A stretch of DNA of 64,000 nucleotides from the human T2T-CHM13v2.0 reference genome, Homo sapiens (GCA_009914755.4 CP068257.2:7904001-7968000); one strand, 5' to 3'; positions 42,433 through 59,545 are shown, counted from the stretch's first letter. The notes: generated by a model not told the origin, from the letters alone. Made by a program: numbers and translations.

Positions 42433-42648
42433 TTTTTTTTTTTTTTTTTGAGATGGGGTCTCACTCTGTCACCCCGGCTGGAGTGCAGTAGCACAATCTT
42501 GGCTTACTACCCTCCACCTCCTGGGCTCAAGTGAGCCTCCCACCTCAGCCTCCCGAGTAGCTGGGACCACAGGCTCACACCACTATACCTGGCTAATTTT
42601 TTGTGTGTTTGGTAGAGATAAAGTTTCACCATGTTGTCCAAGCTGGGG
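42433..42648 (-). mobile_element. Alu, antisense, truncated at the element 5' end
   Basis: T17 + GAGATGGGGTCTCACTCTGTCACCCCGGCTGGAGTGCAGTAGCACAATCTTGGCTTACT..CCTGGCTAATTTTTTGTGTGTTTGGTAGAGATAAAGTTTCACCATGTTGTCCAAGCTGGGG. Confidence 0.8.
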
Positions 42649-42706
42649 AAATTTATAGTCTTAAATGAGAACATTAGAAAAGGAACTTGGAAAAAACATC
42701 AACAGA

Positions 42707-42979
42707 CCGGGCACAGTGGCTCAAGCATGTAATCCCAGCACTTTGGGAGGCCGAGGCAGGTGGATCATGAGGTCAAGAGATCGAGACAATCCTGCCCAAC
42801 ATGGTAAAACCCCATCTCTACTAAAAATACAAAAATTAGCTGGGTGTGGTGGCGCACACCTGTAGTCCCAGCTACTCTGGAGGCTGAGGCAGGAGAATTG
42901 CTTGAGCCGAGATTGTGCCACTGCACTCCAGCCTGGTGAAAGAGTGAGACTACGTCTCAAAAAAAAAAAAAAAAAAAAA
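42707..42979 (+). mobile_element. Alu SINE, sense, internal deletion in right arm, 20-nt poly-A
   Basis: GACCGGGCACAGTGGCTCAAGCATGTAATCCCAGCACTTTGGGAGGCCGAGGCAGGTGGATCATGAGGTCAAGAGATCGAGACAATCCTGCCCAACATGGTAAAACCCCATCTCTACTAAAAATACAAAAATTAGCTGGGTGTGGTGGCGCACACC ... A20. Confidence 0.9.
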
Positions 42980-43114
42980 CCTAAGCATCAGTCAATAAAT
43001 CAGACAAAGAACAAGTTAAATTCAAAGAAAGAAAAAGGAAAAACATAACAAACAAATGAAATACAAAAGAAACACACAATAGAATCAGCCAAGCTAAAAC
43101 TTGTGGTTCTTTTG

Positions 43115-43266
43115 GTTTTCAGATAGGGTCTCATTCTGTTGCCCAGGTTGGAGTTTAGTGGCTCAATCACAGCTTAGTACAGCCTCCCCCTTACAGGCTC
43201 AAGCGATCTTCCCACCTTTTCCTCTCAAAGTGCTGGGATTACAGGTATGAGCCACCATGCCCTGCT
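43115..43266 (-). mobile_element. Alu left-monomer fragment (FLAM-like), antisense
   Basis: TTTTCAGATAGGGTCTCATTCTGTTGCCCAGGTTGGAGTTTAGTGGCTCAATCACAGCTTAGTACAGCC..AAAGTGCTGGGATTACAGGTATGAGCCACCATGCCCTGC. Confidence 0.65.
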
Positions 43267-43370
43267 AAAATCTGGTTCTTTAAAAATACATTATAAAATT
43301 CACAGACCTTTAGCAAGATTTGTCAAGAAAAAGCAGTCAAAAAACAATCTTGCACAGGAGGACTGTACTA

Positions 43371-43710
<340 letters not shown>

Positions 43711-43740
43711 TTATTTATGCCAACAGACTTTAAAGCATAG

Positions 43741-44040
<300 letters not shown>

Positions 44041-46330
44041 TGAGATATGAATTTCTAGGGAAAAAAATCAAAATTCACTCAAAAAGTAGAAAAAAAACTT
44101 ACATAGATTAAATATATTGAATCAGTAATGAAAAAACTTCCCATAAAGAAATTTCCAGGCCCAAGTGCCTTCACCAAAAAGTTCCATGAAACATACAAGA
44201 GAAACAAACCAACCAAACAAAAAAAAAACTCTTCCACTAACACAAACAGAATACAGAAAGAAGACTCCCCAGTTCATTTTACAAGGTTAAAATAAAAATA
44301 ACCTTGATATCAAAACCCAATAAGGCAAGGGCAAGAAAAAATATTTACAGGCCATCATTATTCAACGTGGATCAGAAATTATTTTTAAGATGTACTAGCC
44401 AGGTGTGGTGGTCATACCTATAATCCTAGTAGTTTGGGAGGCCCGAGTGAGAGGATGGCCTGAGCTCAGGAGTTTGAGACCAGCCTGGGCAACAAGGCAA
44501 AATCCAGTCTTTATAAAAAATACAAAAATTAGCTGGGCATGGCAGCACACCTATAGACCCAGCTATTCAGGAGGCTGAGGTGGGAGGATCACTTGAGCCT
44601 AGCAGGTTGAGAATGCAGTGATCCCTGATCATGCCACTGTGCTCCAGCCTGGGCAACAGAGTGAGACCCTGTCTCAAAACAACAACAGAAAGATATACTG
44701 ACCACCTGTGATGCTGGCCAGGATGGCGTATGCATGCTATGGCCTGTCATTTCCACTGATCACAATTTGAAACTCTGGACAAAATATAAATAGCAATGAC
44801 CTAAGTACTCTGAAAAGTAACCAGCAGACAGGTTGGGAAACGTCAAAACCTGAAGAATTATCTGGATGGCGGTGGTGAGAGATCATATTCTGAGTCATAA
44901 AACAAACCCTAAAGTTAAACAATTAAAATTCAGTGAATTATTTTCTCTGATGACAGAATTAAACTAGGAATCTAGAACATTTCTAGAACATTCCCAACTA
45001 TGAGAAGTTAAATGGTGTACTTCTAAATGGCCCATAGGTCAAAGAGAGTATCTTAAGACAAATTGGAAAACAGTTTGAACTTAATAAATATGACATCATC
45101 TTATCAAAATATGTGCTTACAGGTCAATTTATAGCACTAAATTATGAGAAATGAAGCATCAAATCAATAATGTAAGCATTTACTTTAAGTAAAAAAAGAA
45201 CCAAATAAACTCAAATCAGGCATAAGAAAAACAGACTAAATCAGTAATATTTAAACAAAAACAGTAAAGGAAAAAAATTCAACGAAATCCAAAGTTGGTT
45301 CTTTGCAGGGGTGGTGGGAGGTGGAAATCAATCAAATGAGGAAGCCTCTAGCAGACTGACAAAGGAAGAAGAGAAAACACAAATTGCCAATACCAGAAAT
45401 GAAAGGAATATTATTACAAATCCTGTAGACACTAGAAGGCTATAATGGATACTACAAAAACAAAACAACTATATGCTTCTAAATTCTACAAATTAGGTGA
45501 AATAGGTCAATTCCTTGAAAGACAGACTACCAAAACTCAAGAAGAAACAGACAGCTTGAATACCCCTGTATTTATTAAAGAAACAGAAGTGGCACAGCAC
45601 TTTGGAAGACAATTTGGCAGGTTCTGATAAAGTCAAACGTACACGGACCATGTGACTCGGCAATCCTACCCTTAGGCATTTGCACAAGTGAAATGAAAAC
45701 CTATGCTCAGACAAAAAGCACCTTGTGAATTCCAATCCACTTATAATTTACCAAAAAGTGAAAATAGTCCATATTCCTCCAATGACAAACAAATAAGCAA
45801 ACCATGTAGTATTTATACAATGGATTACTATTTGGCAATAAAAAGGAATAACTGTGATGCAGTACATGAAAGTAGCCAGACTCAAAAGGCTACATCCTGA
45901 ACGATTCCATTTGTATAAAATTCTGAAAAAAAAGCAATGCTAGAGGAACACAGATCAGTGATTGCCAGAAGTTTACAATGGAAGGTTTTACTATAAAGGG
46001 CAAGGTAATTTTTGGAGTGATCATATAATTTTGTAATCTACCAAAAACAAACATAATAAATGGGCAGATAAGTAAAGTTCACGGATTGGAAAGTTCAATA
46101 TTGCAAAGGTCTCCCAAAAATGACCTATCAATTTAATCCCAGTGGAAATTCCAATCAGTTTTGTGAAGGCTGCTAAGTCAACTCTAAAATGGCCAAGAAT
46201 AGACAAGATCACCGGAGAGGAAGCAGGGAGGTGGACACAAATATCTTCTGATTGATGAGTGAAATCATTAGAAGGCCAGCAAAAATACAAGTAAGCCAGA
46301 ATTTCTAAAGCACCACAAAAGAACACTAGT
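44041..46330 (+). mobile_element. Old L1 ORF2 / 3'-end fragments, sense, with an Alu insertion at 44398-44690
   Basis: GAAATTTCCAGGCCCAAGTGCCTTCACCAAAAAGTTCCATGAAACATACAAGAG is similar to the L1 ORF2 text ..TCCAGGACCAGATGGCTTCACTGGTGAATTCTACCAAACATTTAAAGAAG. + ORF 45703-45900 ..MDYYLAIKRNNCDAVHESSQTQKATS resembles the L1 ORF2 C-terminus (MEYYSAIKKNE..SQTQKDKY). Confidence 0.5.
44398..44690 (+). mobile_element. Alu SINE, sense
   Basis: AGCCAGGTGTGGTGGTCATACCTATAATCCTAGTAGTTTGGGAGGCCCGAGTGAGAGGATGGCCTGAGCTCAGGAGTTTGAGACCAGCCTGGGCAACAAGGCAAAATCCAG ... GAGACCCTGTCTCAAAACAACAACAG. Confidence 0.9.
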
Positions 46331-47089
46331 TAGTAGAGCATATAGGTATCTCCCAAATTTGTTGTAAACATAGGCCTTTAAAAAAATATTAGAAACTGAT
46401 ATTTAAAGAGATATAAACTCATATTAAGCTTTTAAAAAATTCTAAGCAAGGGCCTCACCTAATTTCATAAAAGGTTGCATAGAAGCAACCATTGCTGCAA
46501 ACGATGTGCTGCCCTGAGATGTGAGGATCCCAGTGGTCCCTCTGGGTCAACAGCAGCTACCGCGGCTGAGCCCAAACTCTGATACATTATCTACAATCAT
46601 TATTTTTAACAATTTATATCAATGCTACCCATAAGGCACAGAGAAGCAGAAATGTTTATGTGGCCTCCTGCCAAAAACACTTGCACTTATTTCTAGGACT
46701 ACTCCAGAAGACAGTATTAGAAGTTTTTCAATTTAGAAAAACATTTACAGCAAAGAAAAAAATCTCTGTAAATTTCCTGCTTAACCAATCTAGTGAATTG
46801 TGATGAGCCATATAAATTCATTTAGCCACCTTATGAAAGACTTAATCCAAATTCACTTCTAACTTCTAGAAGAGCTAATGCATTATAATAACAGTTGTGA
46901 AAGACTCAAAGGCCAGAAATGTCAAGGTGTGGTCTATATCTTAAGTCCAGAAAAAAAACAAAAAGCAACATGTACAGGCCAAATGATTGCCAATTTCTTC
47001 TGCCTATGTCATCTTTCTTCACTATAACCTGAAATTACATTTCATGTTTGACAATTCTCAGCAAGGAGACAAAACAAGCTTATGAGTAA

Positions 47090-47345
47090 AATAATAGAAA
47101 GCAGAGCCACAGAGAGTACGAGAGGCAGGAGTCATCTCCCAAGTCCAAGTTCAACTTCTATATTATTAGTCAGGGCCTCAGTGTCTTTGAACTGTAAGGA
47201 ATTAATATTGATTGTAGCATGAGTAAAACCTATCTTCTACTCATCATGAAAAGTCACAGTCGTTTTGTTTAAAGACTCCAGAATTATTATGGGCAGAAAC
47301 AAGAAGGTTACACACCTATTTGGTGAAATGAGGAATCAGGAATGA
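47090..47345 (+). repeat. Segment X, copy 1, of an intra-window duplication (direct repeat of 61385-61605)
   Basis: TCCCAAGTCCAAGTTCAACTTCTATATTATTAGTCAGGGCCTCAGTGTCTTTGAACTGTAAGGAATTAATATTGATTGTAGCATGAGTAAAACCTATCTTCTACTCATCATGAAAAGTCAC versus TCCCAAATCCAAGTTCTGCCTCTGGATTATTAGACGTGGCCTCACTGTCCTTGATCTGCAAGGAATTTATACTGATTAGAGCATTAGTAAAACCTATGTTCTATTCATCATGAAAAGTCAT. Confidence 0.8.
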
Positions 47346-47429
47346 GCATTCCCAAGAGAATACAATTACAAAAGTAAAATCACCTAGAGTTTTTGGGCTG
47401 CTTAAAAAACCCAGAAAGAAGTGCCAAAT

Positions 47430-48909
<1,480 letters not shown>

Positions 48910-48939
48910 CGATTTTAACCAGTCTTAAGTGTGCAGTTA

Positions 48940-49088
48940 TTGACATTAAGTGCATTCATGTTGTTGTACAACCATCACCACCATCCATCTCCAGAACATT
49001 TTCATCATCCCGAAGTGAAACTCTGTACCCAGTAAGCAATAAGCCCTCATTCCTCTCTACCCCAGCCTCTGGCAACCACCAATCTACC
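48940..49088 (+). mobile_element. Old L1 3' UTR fragment, sense
   Basis: TGTACAACCATCACCACCATCCATCTCCAGAACATTTTCATCATCCCGAAGTGAAACTCTGTACCCAGTAAGCAATAAGCCCTCATTCCTCTCTACCCCAGCCTCTGGCAACCACCAATCTACC is the classic L1M 3' UTR text. Confidence 0.6.
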
Positions 49089-49382
49089 TTTTTTTTTTCT
49101 TTTTTTCTGACAGGGTCTCTCTGTCGCCCAGGTTGGAGTACAGTGGCATGATCATAGTTCACTGAAAGCTTGAACTCCCAGATTCGAGTGATCCAACCCA
49201 CCTCAGCCTCCCCAGTAGCTGGGACTACGGGTATGTTCCACCACACCTGACTTTTCTTTTTAAAGTAGAGATGAGGTCTCACTATGTTGTCTAGCCTGGT
49301 CTTGAACTCTTGGGCTGAAGCGATCCTCCCGCCTTATCCTTCCAAGATGTTGGGATTACAGGAATGAGCCACTGAGCCTGAC
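49089..49382 (-). mobile_element. Old Alu (AluJ-like), antisense
   Basis: T-rich head + GACAGGGTCTCTCTGTCGCCCAGGTTGGAGTACAGTGGCATGATCATAGTTCACTGAAAGCTTGAACTCCC ... GGGATTACAGGAATGAGCCACTGAGCCTGAC. Confidence 0.85.
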
Positions 49383-50860
49383 TACCATTCTACTTTGTTT
49401 CTATGAATTTTACTTATCTAGGTATCTCATATAAGTGGAATCATATATAAGGGAGGAACAATATTTTTCCTCCACCCTTCTAATTTCTTGGCTGGGGCTC
49501 TAGTAACAAAAGACAGATTAACAAGAGAAAAACATACACATTTACTTAACATAAGTTTTATATGACACAGAAAAAATTGACTTTTCTGGAAGTAACTTGA
49601 TATAATTAGGAGCCTTTGTAAGGAAATAAAGACCTGAAGAAACAGTTAAACGTATGTCTTTGTATATTAGGTTTGTCAAAAGACTAAATTACAACAAATT
49701 AGGTTTTATATTAAGTTTATGAGAGGACTACAACAAATTTATAGATTTAATTGGCTTTTATTCATGATTCATGAATCTGGGCACCTTCCACTCTGCAAAA
49801 CAGAGAGAGTTCCCACTGGGCAATAGCAGAACCACAGGTTTTATGAGGTAGCAACAAGGAAACAGAATAGAAAAACCTGAGTGGTTAACATCAAGCTACT
49901 TCAGTTACTTTTTTGTAATGGTTAAAGCAGAGGGCACTTCCTTCTTCCACTGATTCAAGTAGACTGGAATCTCATGTTTTCAGGAAAAACTGGTCTGTTT
50001 GGGGATCTGCTTCCTTAAAGTTTCAGTTTGATGACACAGCATTTAGCATAAGTAATTCCATTTTGGTTTGGTCTGATCTGTTGAAGGCTAGTGCAGGAGC
50101 TCAGCCCAAAAGAATGGCCTCCCATAATTTTTAACAGTTTGATAAAAAGTGGAGAGAAGCAGAAAATTGCGAGAGGACAAAAAGGGTTAGGAGCTAAGTG
50201 TAGTAAACTGGGAGGAACAGCAGGACCTATCATTCAGATCCCTCTCAGCGTTATCTTAAGAGAGAAGGATGCTTCTTCCTCCAGGGACAGGGAGGGCACC
50301 TCTCACCCAAGGGCCTTGTGACCTGCATCAGAGAAGAGGGTGAGAAGGTCAGAGTGTCCTTCCTATCATTTCTGAGATTCCTTCAGCTTCAAACATTCAA
50401 TATGCTAAGGTGGCTATTTTGGAGATTATCAAGAAGCTGATCACATAAAATACTTGTTCTTTGGTGACTGGTTTATTTCACGTGGCATAATGTCTTCCAT
50501 GTTCATCCATGGTGTAGCATGTGTCAGAATTGCCTTTCTCTGTAAGCCTGAATAGTATTCTACTGCATATAGTGTATATATACCATATTTTGTTTATTCA
50601 TTTGCAGATAGACTCTTGGCTTGCTTCCACCTTTTGGCTATTATGGATAATGCAATGGTATATTTTAACTACAGATCTTTTTACACCAAATAGACATAAA
50701 CAATCAAAAGAATTTATCCTAGGCCCACAGAGAAGGCAGATGGGGTCCCTGATCGATTACAGGGGTTCTCTTTTTAAAATGACTTCTTCATAAACCTATG
50801 TGAGGGGAATACTGACAGTACCTACTTTTTATAGATGGAAATTCTATTTAAGAGCTCTCA

Positions 50861-51158
<298 letters not shown>

Positions 51159-51366
51159 CTCATTACTTTCTCATATTACACAGAGGAGTTAAATATGACA
51201 ATTAACTGAAGAAAGACAAACTGCTAATCTCAAGCAGTTATTACAAACTGTCAAGTGAATATAGACAGCAATCTGCAGTTTGAAAATGCCAATCACTACA
51301 AATCACAGGAAAAACATCTGTGCTTCAGTGGAAACACTACATTGTTTAGATCACACTCCTTCAGAC

Positions 51367-51652
51367 TTTTGAGATAGGATCTCCCTCCATCACCCAGACT
51401 GGAATGCAAGGGTATGATCCTGGCTCACAGCAACCTCCACTTCCCTGGCTCAAGGGATTCTCCCACCTCAGCCTCCTGAGTAGCTGGGACTACAGGCTCA
51501 TGCCATCATGCTCAGCTAATTTTTGGAAACTTTTTTGTAGAGAGAGGGTCTATGTTGCTCAGGCTGGTCTCGAAATCCTGGGGTCAAGTGATCTGTCTAC
51601 CTCAACCTCCCAAAGTGCTGGGATAACAGGCGTGAGCCACTGCACCCAGCCC
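51367..51652 (-). mobile_element. Old Alu (AluJ-like), antisense
   Basis: TTTTGAGATAGGATCTCCCTCCATCACCCAGACTGGAATGCAAGGGTATGATCCTGGCTCACAGCAACCTCCACTTCCCTGGCTCAAGGGATTCTCCCACC ... GGGATAACAGGCGTGAGCCACTGCACCCAGCC. Confidence 0.85.
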
Positions 51653-52889
51653 CTTTAAGGTTTTCTAGTCTAGCCTTTCACCTGTTTTATGGTATGTGAA
51701 GTTGAAAAGAACTGATAATGCAAATGATTCTTGTTTATAAACATGCAAATCAACCTGCCTTGGAAAGCCAATCCTTCTCCATGTGGCAAAGCCACTTATG
51801 CATCAATTTCCAGTTTATTTCAATATTCTGAGTAATAGATGTGTCCGTCCCTTTGGGTTCCCTTTTGAACTGGTTGTAACATCTCACTGCTCACTTCATT
51901 AATAAAATATTTAACATTTATATTTATATGAGTGATGGTTTTTCCTGTTTTTGAAAAGTTACCCTTTAACAAATATAACATGCACAGGTGAGTTAATGCC
52001 ATGCTTCTCAAAGTATGGCCTGTGGAAGGAGCAGCCTGGTGCTCCCTCGCAGTATTTTTGACAGAAGTGCAGACCACTGGGCCCCACCTCAGGAGTGTGG
52101 AGTTGTAGCCGGATCCCTTTCACTGACACATTAAAGTTAGAGCCACCCTAGGTTAATACACATCACTGACCGGCCTCAAGGAATAGGAGTGCTGGGTCTA
52201 TCAGTCTCTCCCAACCATTCCCTGGGCTTTGCCAAGTGCTTTCTGCCTGCCAAGCTCACTCTTGGATCAGATGGGGCCTCCCTGCCAGCAGTTCTACCTC
52301 ATCCTCTCTGCACCTAAGTCAACTCCGGAGTTCACAGACCTCACTTCTGATCTCCACCGCGCCTCCTCCCCTTCCACGGTGACTCAAACCTTAAGGCAGT
52401 GAAAATAAGGAGACTCACAAACTAGGAGACTACAGCTTCAGACCACACATTTTCCACTGAGCCAGTACCTGAGCAAAAACTAGTTTTCTGGAGTTGGGGG
52501 GATGAGGAAGATTCAATATTGAAAGTGTCCTTGGTGGCATTTCAAAGCTCAACATCATCTAACAAAAATTTTATTCCTTTTTCATTTCTGTTAGGGAATG
52601 TTTAGTTTTTCCTCTTTGATAATGAAAATTTGGTTAACAAACATTGCTTTGGACCAATCTTCCTTTTCACAAATCACTGAGGTGTGTCTATCCACAAGTT
52701 CTCAGTTCAGCCTACATTTTCCAGTCTTCCATTTACCTATTCAACTAATACCTGAGTGCCTGGCATGTGTCGGCCCTGTGAACATGCTGGTGACAGTGTG
52801 AGCAGGCAGGGCTGGTTCCTGTCCTCATGAAGCTTATACTACCTGAGGCTGGGGTGTAGAAATTGACACATTTAAAAAGCCACTGAGAC

Positions 52890-52932
<43 letters not shown>

Positions 52933-54188
52933 TGGCATACAAAGATGCTGAGCTGGAGCTTTGGAAAATGAAGAAAAAGTAATACAAATTTAAAATGTGA
53001 CATCGAGGAATGAAGATCATCACTTACCATATCCTATGTTTAAAAAATCTAATGTCCATAGGAAGTTGTCTGGGAGGTGGGCAGGGTTTCATACTGTAAT
53101 GAGTATTTAGAAAGTTTAGAAAAGTTCTAATGGTTCTTAATTTAAGAATTATAAGAGGTAGATTCAGGTAGAGAGAGATTCCCATGATATTCACTGCTGA
53201 GTGGAGAAGGAGATCCATCCCCCTCCACTCACAAACATCCTCTTGGTGTTTTTACTCGACAGTCCTTCATTTAGCTGATCCATCTGTATTTATATTTGTT
53301 CTCTTCCGGATCTTGTTTCATAGTCAATATCAAGTGTTTTTGTGTAAACTGCCTGGTGTTGACAGACCAGGCTCGAAGGTAGGCACCATTCACACAGCAT
53401 TGCATTTAATCTTCACAAGACCCCTGCAAGGTGGGTCTCAGCCTCCCCTGATACAGGTGAAGCAGGAGGCTCAGGGCTGCTACAACTTGCCCCCAGTCCC
53501 AGAGCTGGTACACAGCAACCCAGATTGACGGATTCCAATACCCATCCATGCTGCCTTGCCTAACCATGTTGTTGGTGCCAAAATTGTTTAAATTAACCCG
53601 AGTTTATCTAAAATTAACTCAAAGTTAACATACGCTATTTGGAAGTAGTGGTGGCAATGACTTATCAGAGAACTTTTAAGAGAAACAGCTGTGGCAAACG
53701 AGCCTGACTCACACTGAAATTATCTGTAATCAAGTTGCCAACTGACAACTGATTAGTGAATGAAGCTGAGCGCCAGGACTCATGACAGCTGTTTCATAAA
53801 CACGCCCTCATTCCTCCTTTTGGCCGACTACTAAAGGGTTTAGGTGTCATGCAGCATTTAGATGTTATGCAGAATGAGCAACAAGCAAAATGTAGGTGCA
53901 ATCAGATAAGAGTGGAGAATTACCAGTATCTTTACAATCACCTGTTGGGCATTTCTGTTGATAATCACCAATTCAGAACAGCAAGGACTGAGAAGCCACA
54001 AGATTCCCTTAAAAGGCCTCATCCACTTGCATACTTTTGTTTTCAGGAAACAAAAATTATGTTATGTGGGCTCACAGTCAATAGATTTTTGTTCTGATTT
54101 GTATTTCCATGATACATAATTAAGTTTTGTGGTTTGAGGTTGAAAGAATTCTGAATGTGTATGCTAACACTGATTCACATTAAAGCTA

Positions 54189-54503
<315 letters not shown>

Positions 54504-54633
54504 CTATATATTAAGTAGATGATTGAATATTTTAACCAAGGGTGTAAATTATTAACGAGGATATTTAAAAAGCAATGAATTGAAATTGCTGACATTTTTA
54601 AGAGAGCTGTTTCTTTCCCTAAAGTTTTAATAT

Positions 54634-54643
<10 letters not shown>

Positions 54644-54673
<30 letters not shown>
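54644..54673. repeat. (CA)n dinucleotide microsatellite
   Basis: ACACACAC... about 30 nt continuous. Confidence 0.95.
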
Positions 54674-54678
<5 letters not shown>

Positions 54679-55559
54679 TTAGGTGGTGCCAATAAAAAGG
54701 AAACAAAAATAAAATGGAGAAATGGAGGTAATGATGACCCCAAGCTAAAGGAAGAGGAGGAGGGGGGTAGATATATGTTATTTTCGTTCTTTCCTATTTC
54801 ACTCTTCACTGGAAAAGCACTTGAGTTACAGTTTGTGATTCTGTTAGTCCTTCAATATGGTAAAACAAACAGGTTTATCTCATGTGCAAATAATCAATGA
54901 GGAGTGGTTGCCTCCAAGAGCCTGGGTAATGTTGACCTTAGTGGGAAGGATCTGAATCAGCTGCCAGGGCCACACACGTGCTGTGTGTTTGTTGATCCCG
55001 CCTTATGTCAACCAGTCAACATCAAAAACTATCAGGGCATTGCTAGACAACCGCTTCTTCAGTCTTCACTAGTCAATTATTGTGATTAGGATATTTTCTT
55101 TTCCTAAACGGAACTTGATAGATGGATAGAATGGATTCTACATCGCATTTTTTTCCCCTCTATCAGGCACAGATGCCGTTGAGTATATCGTCTCCTCCTT
55201 CTGTGCAGGGAGCCCGCCCTATGTAAGGTTAACAGGAAGGACACAAAGGTATGCAGTGTAGAAAAAAATAGAAATAAGGACCCAGGCATAACTCTGAAGG
55301 AGCTTCTAACCATGTTGTGCAGATGAGGAAGACTCAATAATTAGTAAGTTATCCAAAGAAATTAGGGCTTTTTACTAGCAGAACAGTAAAAATTCTAAGT
55401 TTGATAACACGCTGAGTTCAGAAGGCTGTGGGAAAGAGGTATTCACTCATATTGCTGCTAGAAGTATAAACTGGTATAACCCGTCTAGAGGAGAGTGATT
55501 TAACAATTATCAAAACTAACTACCTAGTCCACATCTAGACATTTATTTTGCAGATATAC

Positions 55560-56355
<796 letters not shown>

Positions 56356-56369
56356 CTGTGGACATCTTT

Positions 56370-57290
56370 TATTCAACCTATCACAATAGCAAATGTCTGG
56401 AAACAAACTGGATGTCCATCAGCAGTGGACTGATTCAATAAATTATGATAAATTCATACAACAGAATACAGTTGTTTAAAATATGAGAAAATGTATTATG
56501 TACTAAACAGAAAACTCACCAAAATATAATGTTAGGTGAAAAAACAAAGTACAGAACAGACACAGGAATGCAGTATACATAATTTGCTTGTATATATGAG
56601 GATTAAACTATCTCTGGAATGATATACCAGAAATTAATCATGGTGGTTACCTGTAGGACAGGAAGAGGGTGCTGGCATTGCAAGAATGAGACTTTTCACT
56701 AACACTCTTTCATAATTTTTTATCTTAGAAACTTGTAACTATATTACTTATCCAAAAAGTAAAATAATAAAGTCTAGAAAGAGTAAAAAGAAAACAAAGT
56801 GTAAAAAAAGTTATAGATGGGGGATAAGTTCCCATTGTAAGACTCTTTATGCTAGAGCTGTACAGTTTTTAAAAATGAGAAGTATGTATATGTTACCAGG
56901 AATGCCAGGATATATGATCAAGTGACTGAAAACTATGAGCAAAATAAAAAACAGAAAAAAGAAACAAACCCACAAGTGCTTCAGGTATTAGAATTATCAG
57001 ACATGAACTTTAAAGTCATTGGTAATATTATCAAACCTAGGTTTAAATAACTAGTAGTTTTTTTTTTTTTATCTTGGTGCTAGTTACAGAGGTTTATTTA
57101 CATTGTGATAATTCATCCACCTGTACCTTTAAGATGGCACACTTTCTCTCAGGTATATTATGCTTCAATAATATTTTACAAAAGTAGAAAACTTGTGGGA
57201 TGTGACTAAATCTGGGGTGGGGGGAATCTATAATCGTAAACACATGTATTTGAAAACAAAACAAAAAAAGTACTGAAAAACTGATATGAT
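56370..57290 (+). mobile_element. Old L1 3' end (ORF2 C-terminus + 3' UTR), sense
   Basis: CTGGATGTCCATCAGCAGTGGACTGATTCAATAAATTATGATAAATTCATACAACAGAATACAGTTGTTTAAAATATGAGAAAATGTATTATGTACTAAACAGAAAACTCACCAAAATATAATGTTAGGTGAAAAAACAAAGTACAGAAC resembles the L1 text ..KCPSTDEWIKKMWYIYTMEYYSAIKKNE.. Confidence 0.55.
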
Positions 57291-57399
57291 AGGTGTGGTG
57301 GCTCACATGTATAATCCCAACATTTTGGAAGGCCAAAGCAGGAGGTTTGCTTGAGGCCAGAACTTCAATACCAGCCCAGGCAACATAGTAAGACCTGTC

Positions 57400-57447
<48 letters not shown>

Positions 57448-57617
57448 TGGGCATGGTGACACACACCTGTGGTCCCAGCTACTTGGAAGGCTGAGGAGGG
57501 AGGATTGGATCACTTGAGCTCAGTCATTTAAGGCTGCTAATGAGCTATGATTCATCACTGCACTATAGCCTGAGTGACACAGTAAGACCCTGTCTCAAAA
57601 AAAAGAAAAAGAAAAAA
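57291..57617 (+). mobile_element. Alu SINE, sense, with the middle A-rich linker expanded to ~37 A
   Basis: AGGTGTGGTGGCTCACATGTATAATCCCAACATTTTGGAAGGCCAAAGCAGGAGGTTTGCTTGAGGCCAGAACTTCAATACCAGCCCAGGCAACATAGTAAGACCTGTCACAGC A37 TTAATTGGGCATGGTGACACACACCTGTGGTCCCAGCTACTTGGAAGGCTGAGG ... GACCCTGTCTCAAAAAAAAG. Confidence 0.88.
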
Positions 57618-58321
57618 CTCCAATGATCTATGCATCCATCTCAAAAATCCCAGCAAATTAAGCTGAATGAAATTAAAATGATGGAAATAATAAGGATAAA
57701 AGCTGAAATCAATGAAAAAAAAACCAAAGACATAATAGAGAAAATATAAAAAGCCAAAGCTGTTTCTTTGAAAACAGTATTCCAGTTGCTAATCTCTGTG
57801 GCAGCCAGCCTCCAAAATGGCCGCCGGTGATTTTCGCTTCTGCTATCCATGCCTTGTGCAGTTCTCTCTCATATTAAATATGGCTGACCTGTGTTATCAG
57901 AAAGCTAGTTCAAATTTTCTAGGCTAGATTATAAAACACATGGCAGCTTCCACCTTTTTCACCCTGGGTGAAAGTAGCTACCATACTGCAAGGACATTCA
58001 AGCAACCCTACAGAGCTTAATGCATTACATTACAGAGGTCTTCTGCTAACAGACAGCATTAACTTGCTAGCCATGTTAAGTGAGCCGTCTTGAAATTGGA
58101 TGCCCTAGCCTCAGTCAAGCCTTTGGATGACTGCAGGCCTAATCAACATATTGACCAAGACAGAACAACCTAGCTAAAGCATTTCTCAAATCAGGACCCA
58201 CAGAAGCTCTATATTAGTTTGCTATTGTTGTATAACAAATGAACATCTCAGGAAATATACATATATTGTCTAGTATATTTTCTCTTATACAGTTTCTGTG
58301 GGTCAGGATTTCATTTAAGAA

Positions 58322-58839
58322 AATACATGTTTATTCTTTTTTAAGTGGTTTTTTTACTTCCTTTTCTTTAAATTTATTTTTTATTTCAATAGGTTTTTGG
58401 GGAACCGATGGTGTTTGGTTACATGAATAACTTCTTTAGTGATGATTTCTGAGATTTTAGTGCACCCATCACTCGAGCAGGGTACACTGTATCCAATGTT
58501 TAGTCTTTTCTCCCTCATCCCCCTCCCACCCTTTCCCCTGGGTCCCCAGAGTCAATTGTATCATTCTTATGCCTTTGCATCTTCATAGCTTTGCTCCCAC
58601 CTATAAGTGAGAACATATGATATTTGGTTTTCCATTCCTGAGTTACTTCACATAGAACTAGTCTCCAATTCCATCCAGATTGCTGCAAATGCCATTATTT
58701 TGTTCCTTTTTATGGCTGAGTAGTATTCCATGCTACATATATACCACATTTTCTTTATCCATTCGTTCACTAATGGGCATTTGAACTGATTCCATATTTT
58801 TTCAGTTGCAGATTGTGCTGCTATAAACATATGAGAAAA

Positions 58840-58842
<3 letters not shown>
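58322..58842 (-). mobile_element. L1 3' end fragment (ORF2 C-terminus + 3' UTR), antisense, 5'-truncated exactly where the next Alu begins
   Basis: Minus ORF 58648-58830 MFIAAQSATEKIWNQFKCPLVNEWIKKMWYICSMEYYSAIKRNKIMAFAAIWMELETSSM matches the L1 ORF2p C-terminus (..MFIAALFTIAKTWNQPKCPSMIDWIKKMWHIYTMEYYAAIK..). Antisense 3' UTR text TTTTGGGGAACCGATGGTGTTTGGTTACATGAATAACTTCTTTAGTGATGATTTCTGAGATTTTAGTGCACCCATCACTCGAGCAGGGTACACTGTATCCAATGTTTAGTC. Confidence 0.75.
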
Positions 58843-59470
<628 letters not shown>

Positions 59471-59508
59471 CTCTCCTCCTCCTCTCCTCTTCTCTCTCCT
59501 TTCTTCTG

Positions 59509-59509
59509 T

Positions 59510-59541
<32 letters not shown>
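59509..59541. repeat. (CA)n dinucleotide microsatellite
   Basis: CACACACA... about 32 nt. Confidence 0.95.

Positions 59542-59545
<4 letters not shown>

Noticed and set aside
57094-57513. 139-aa minus-strand ORF containing [12 protein letters not shown]
   Set aside because: Runs through an Alu and its A37 linker (poly-Phe from poly-T on the minus strand).
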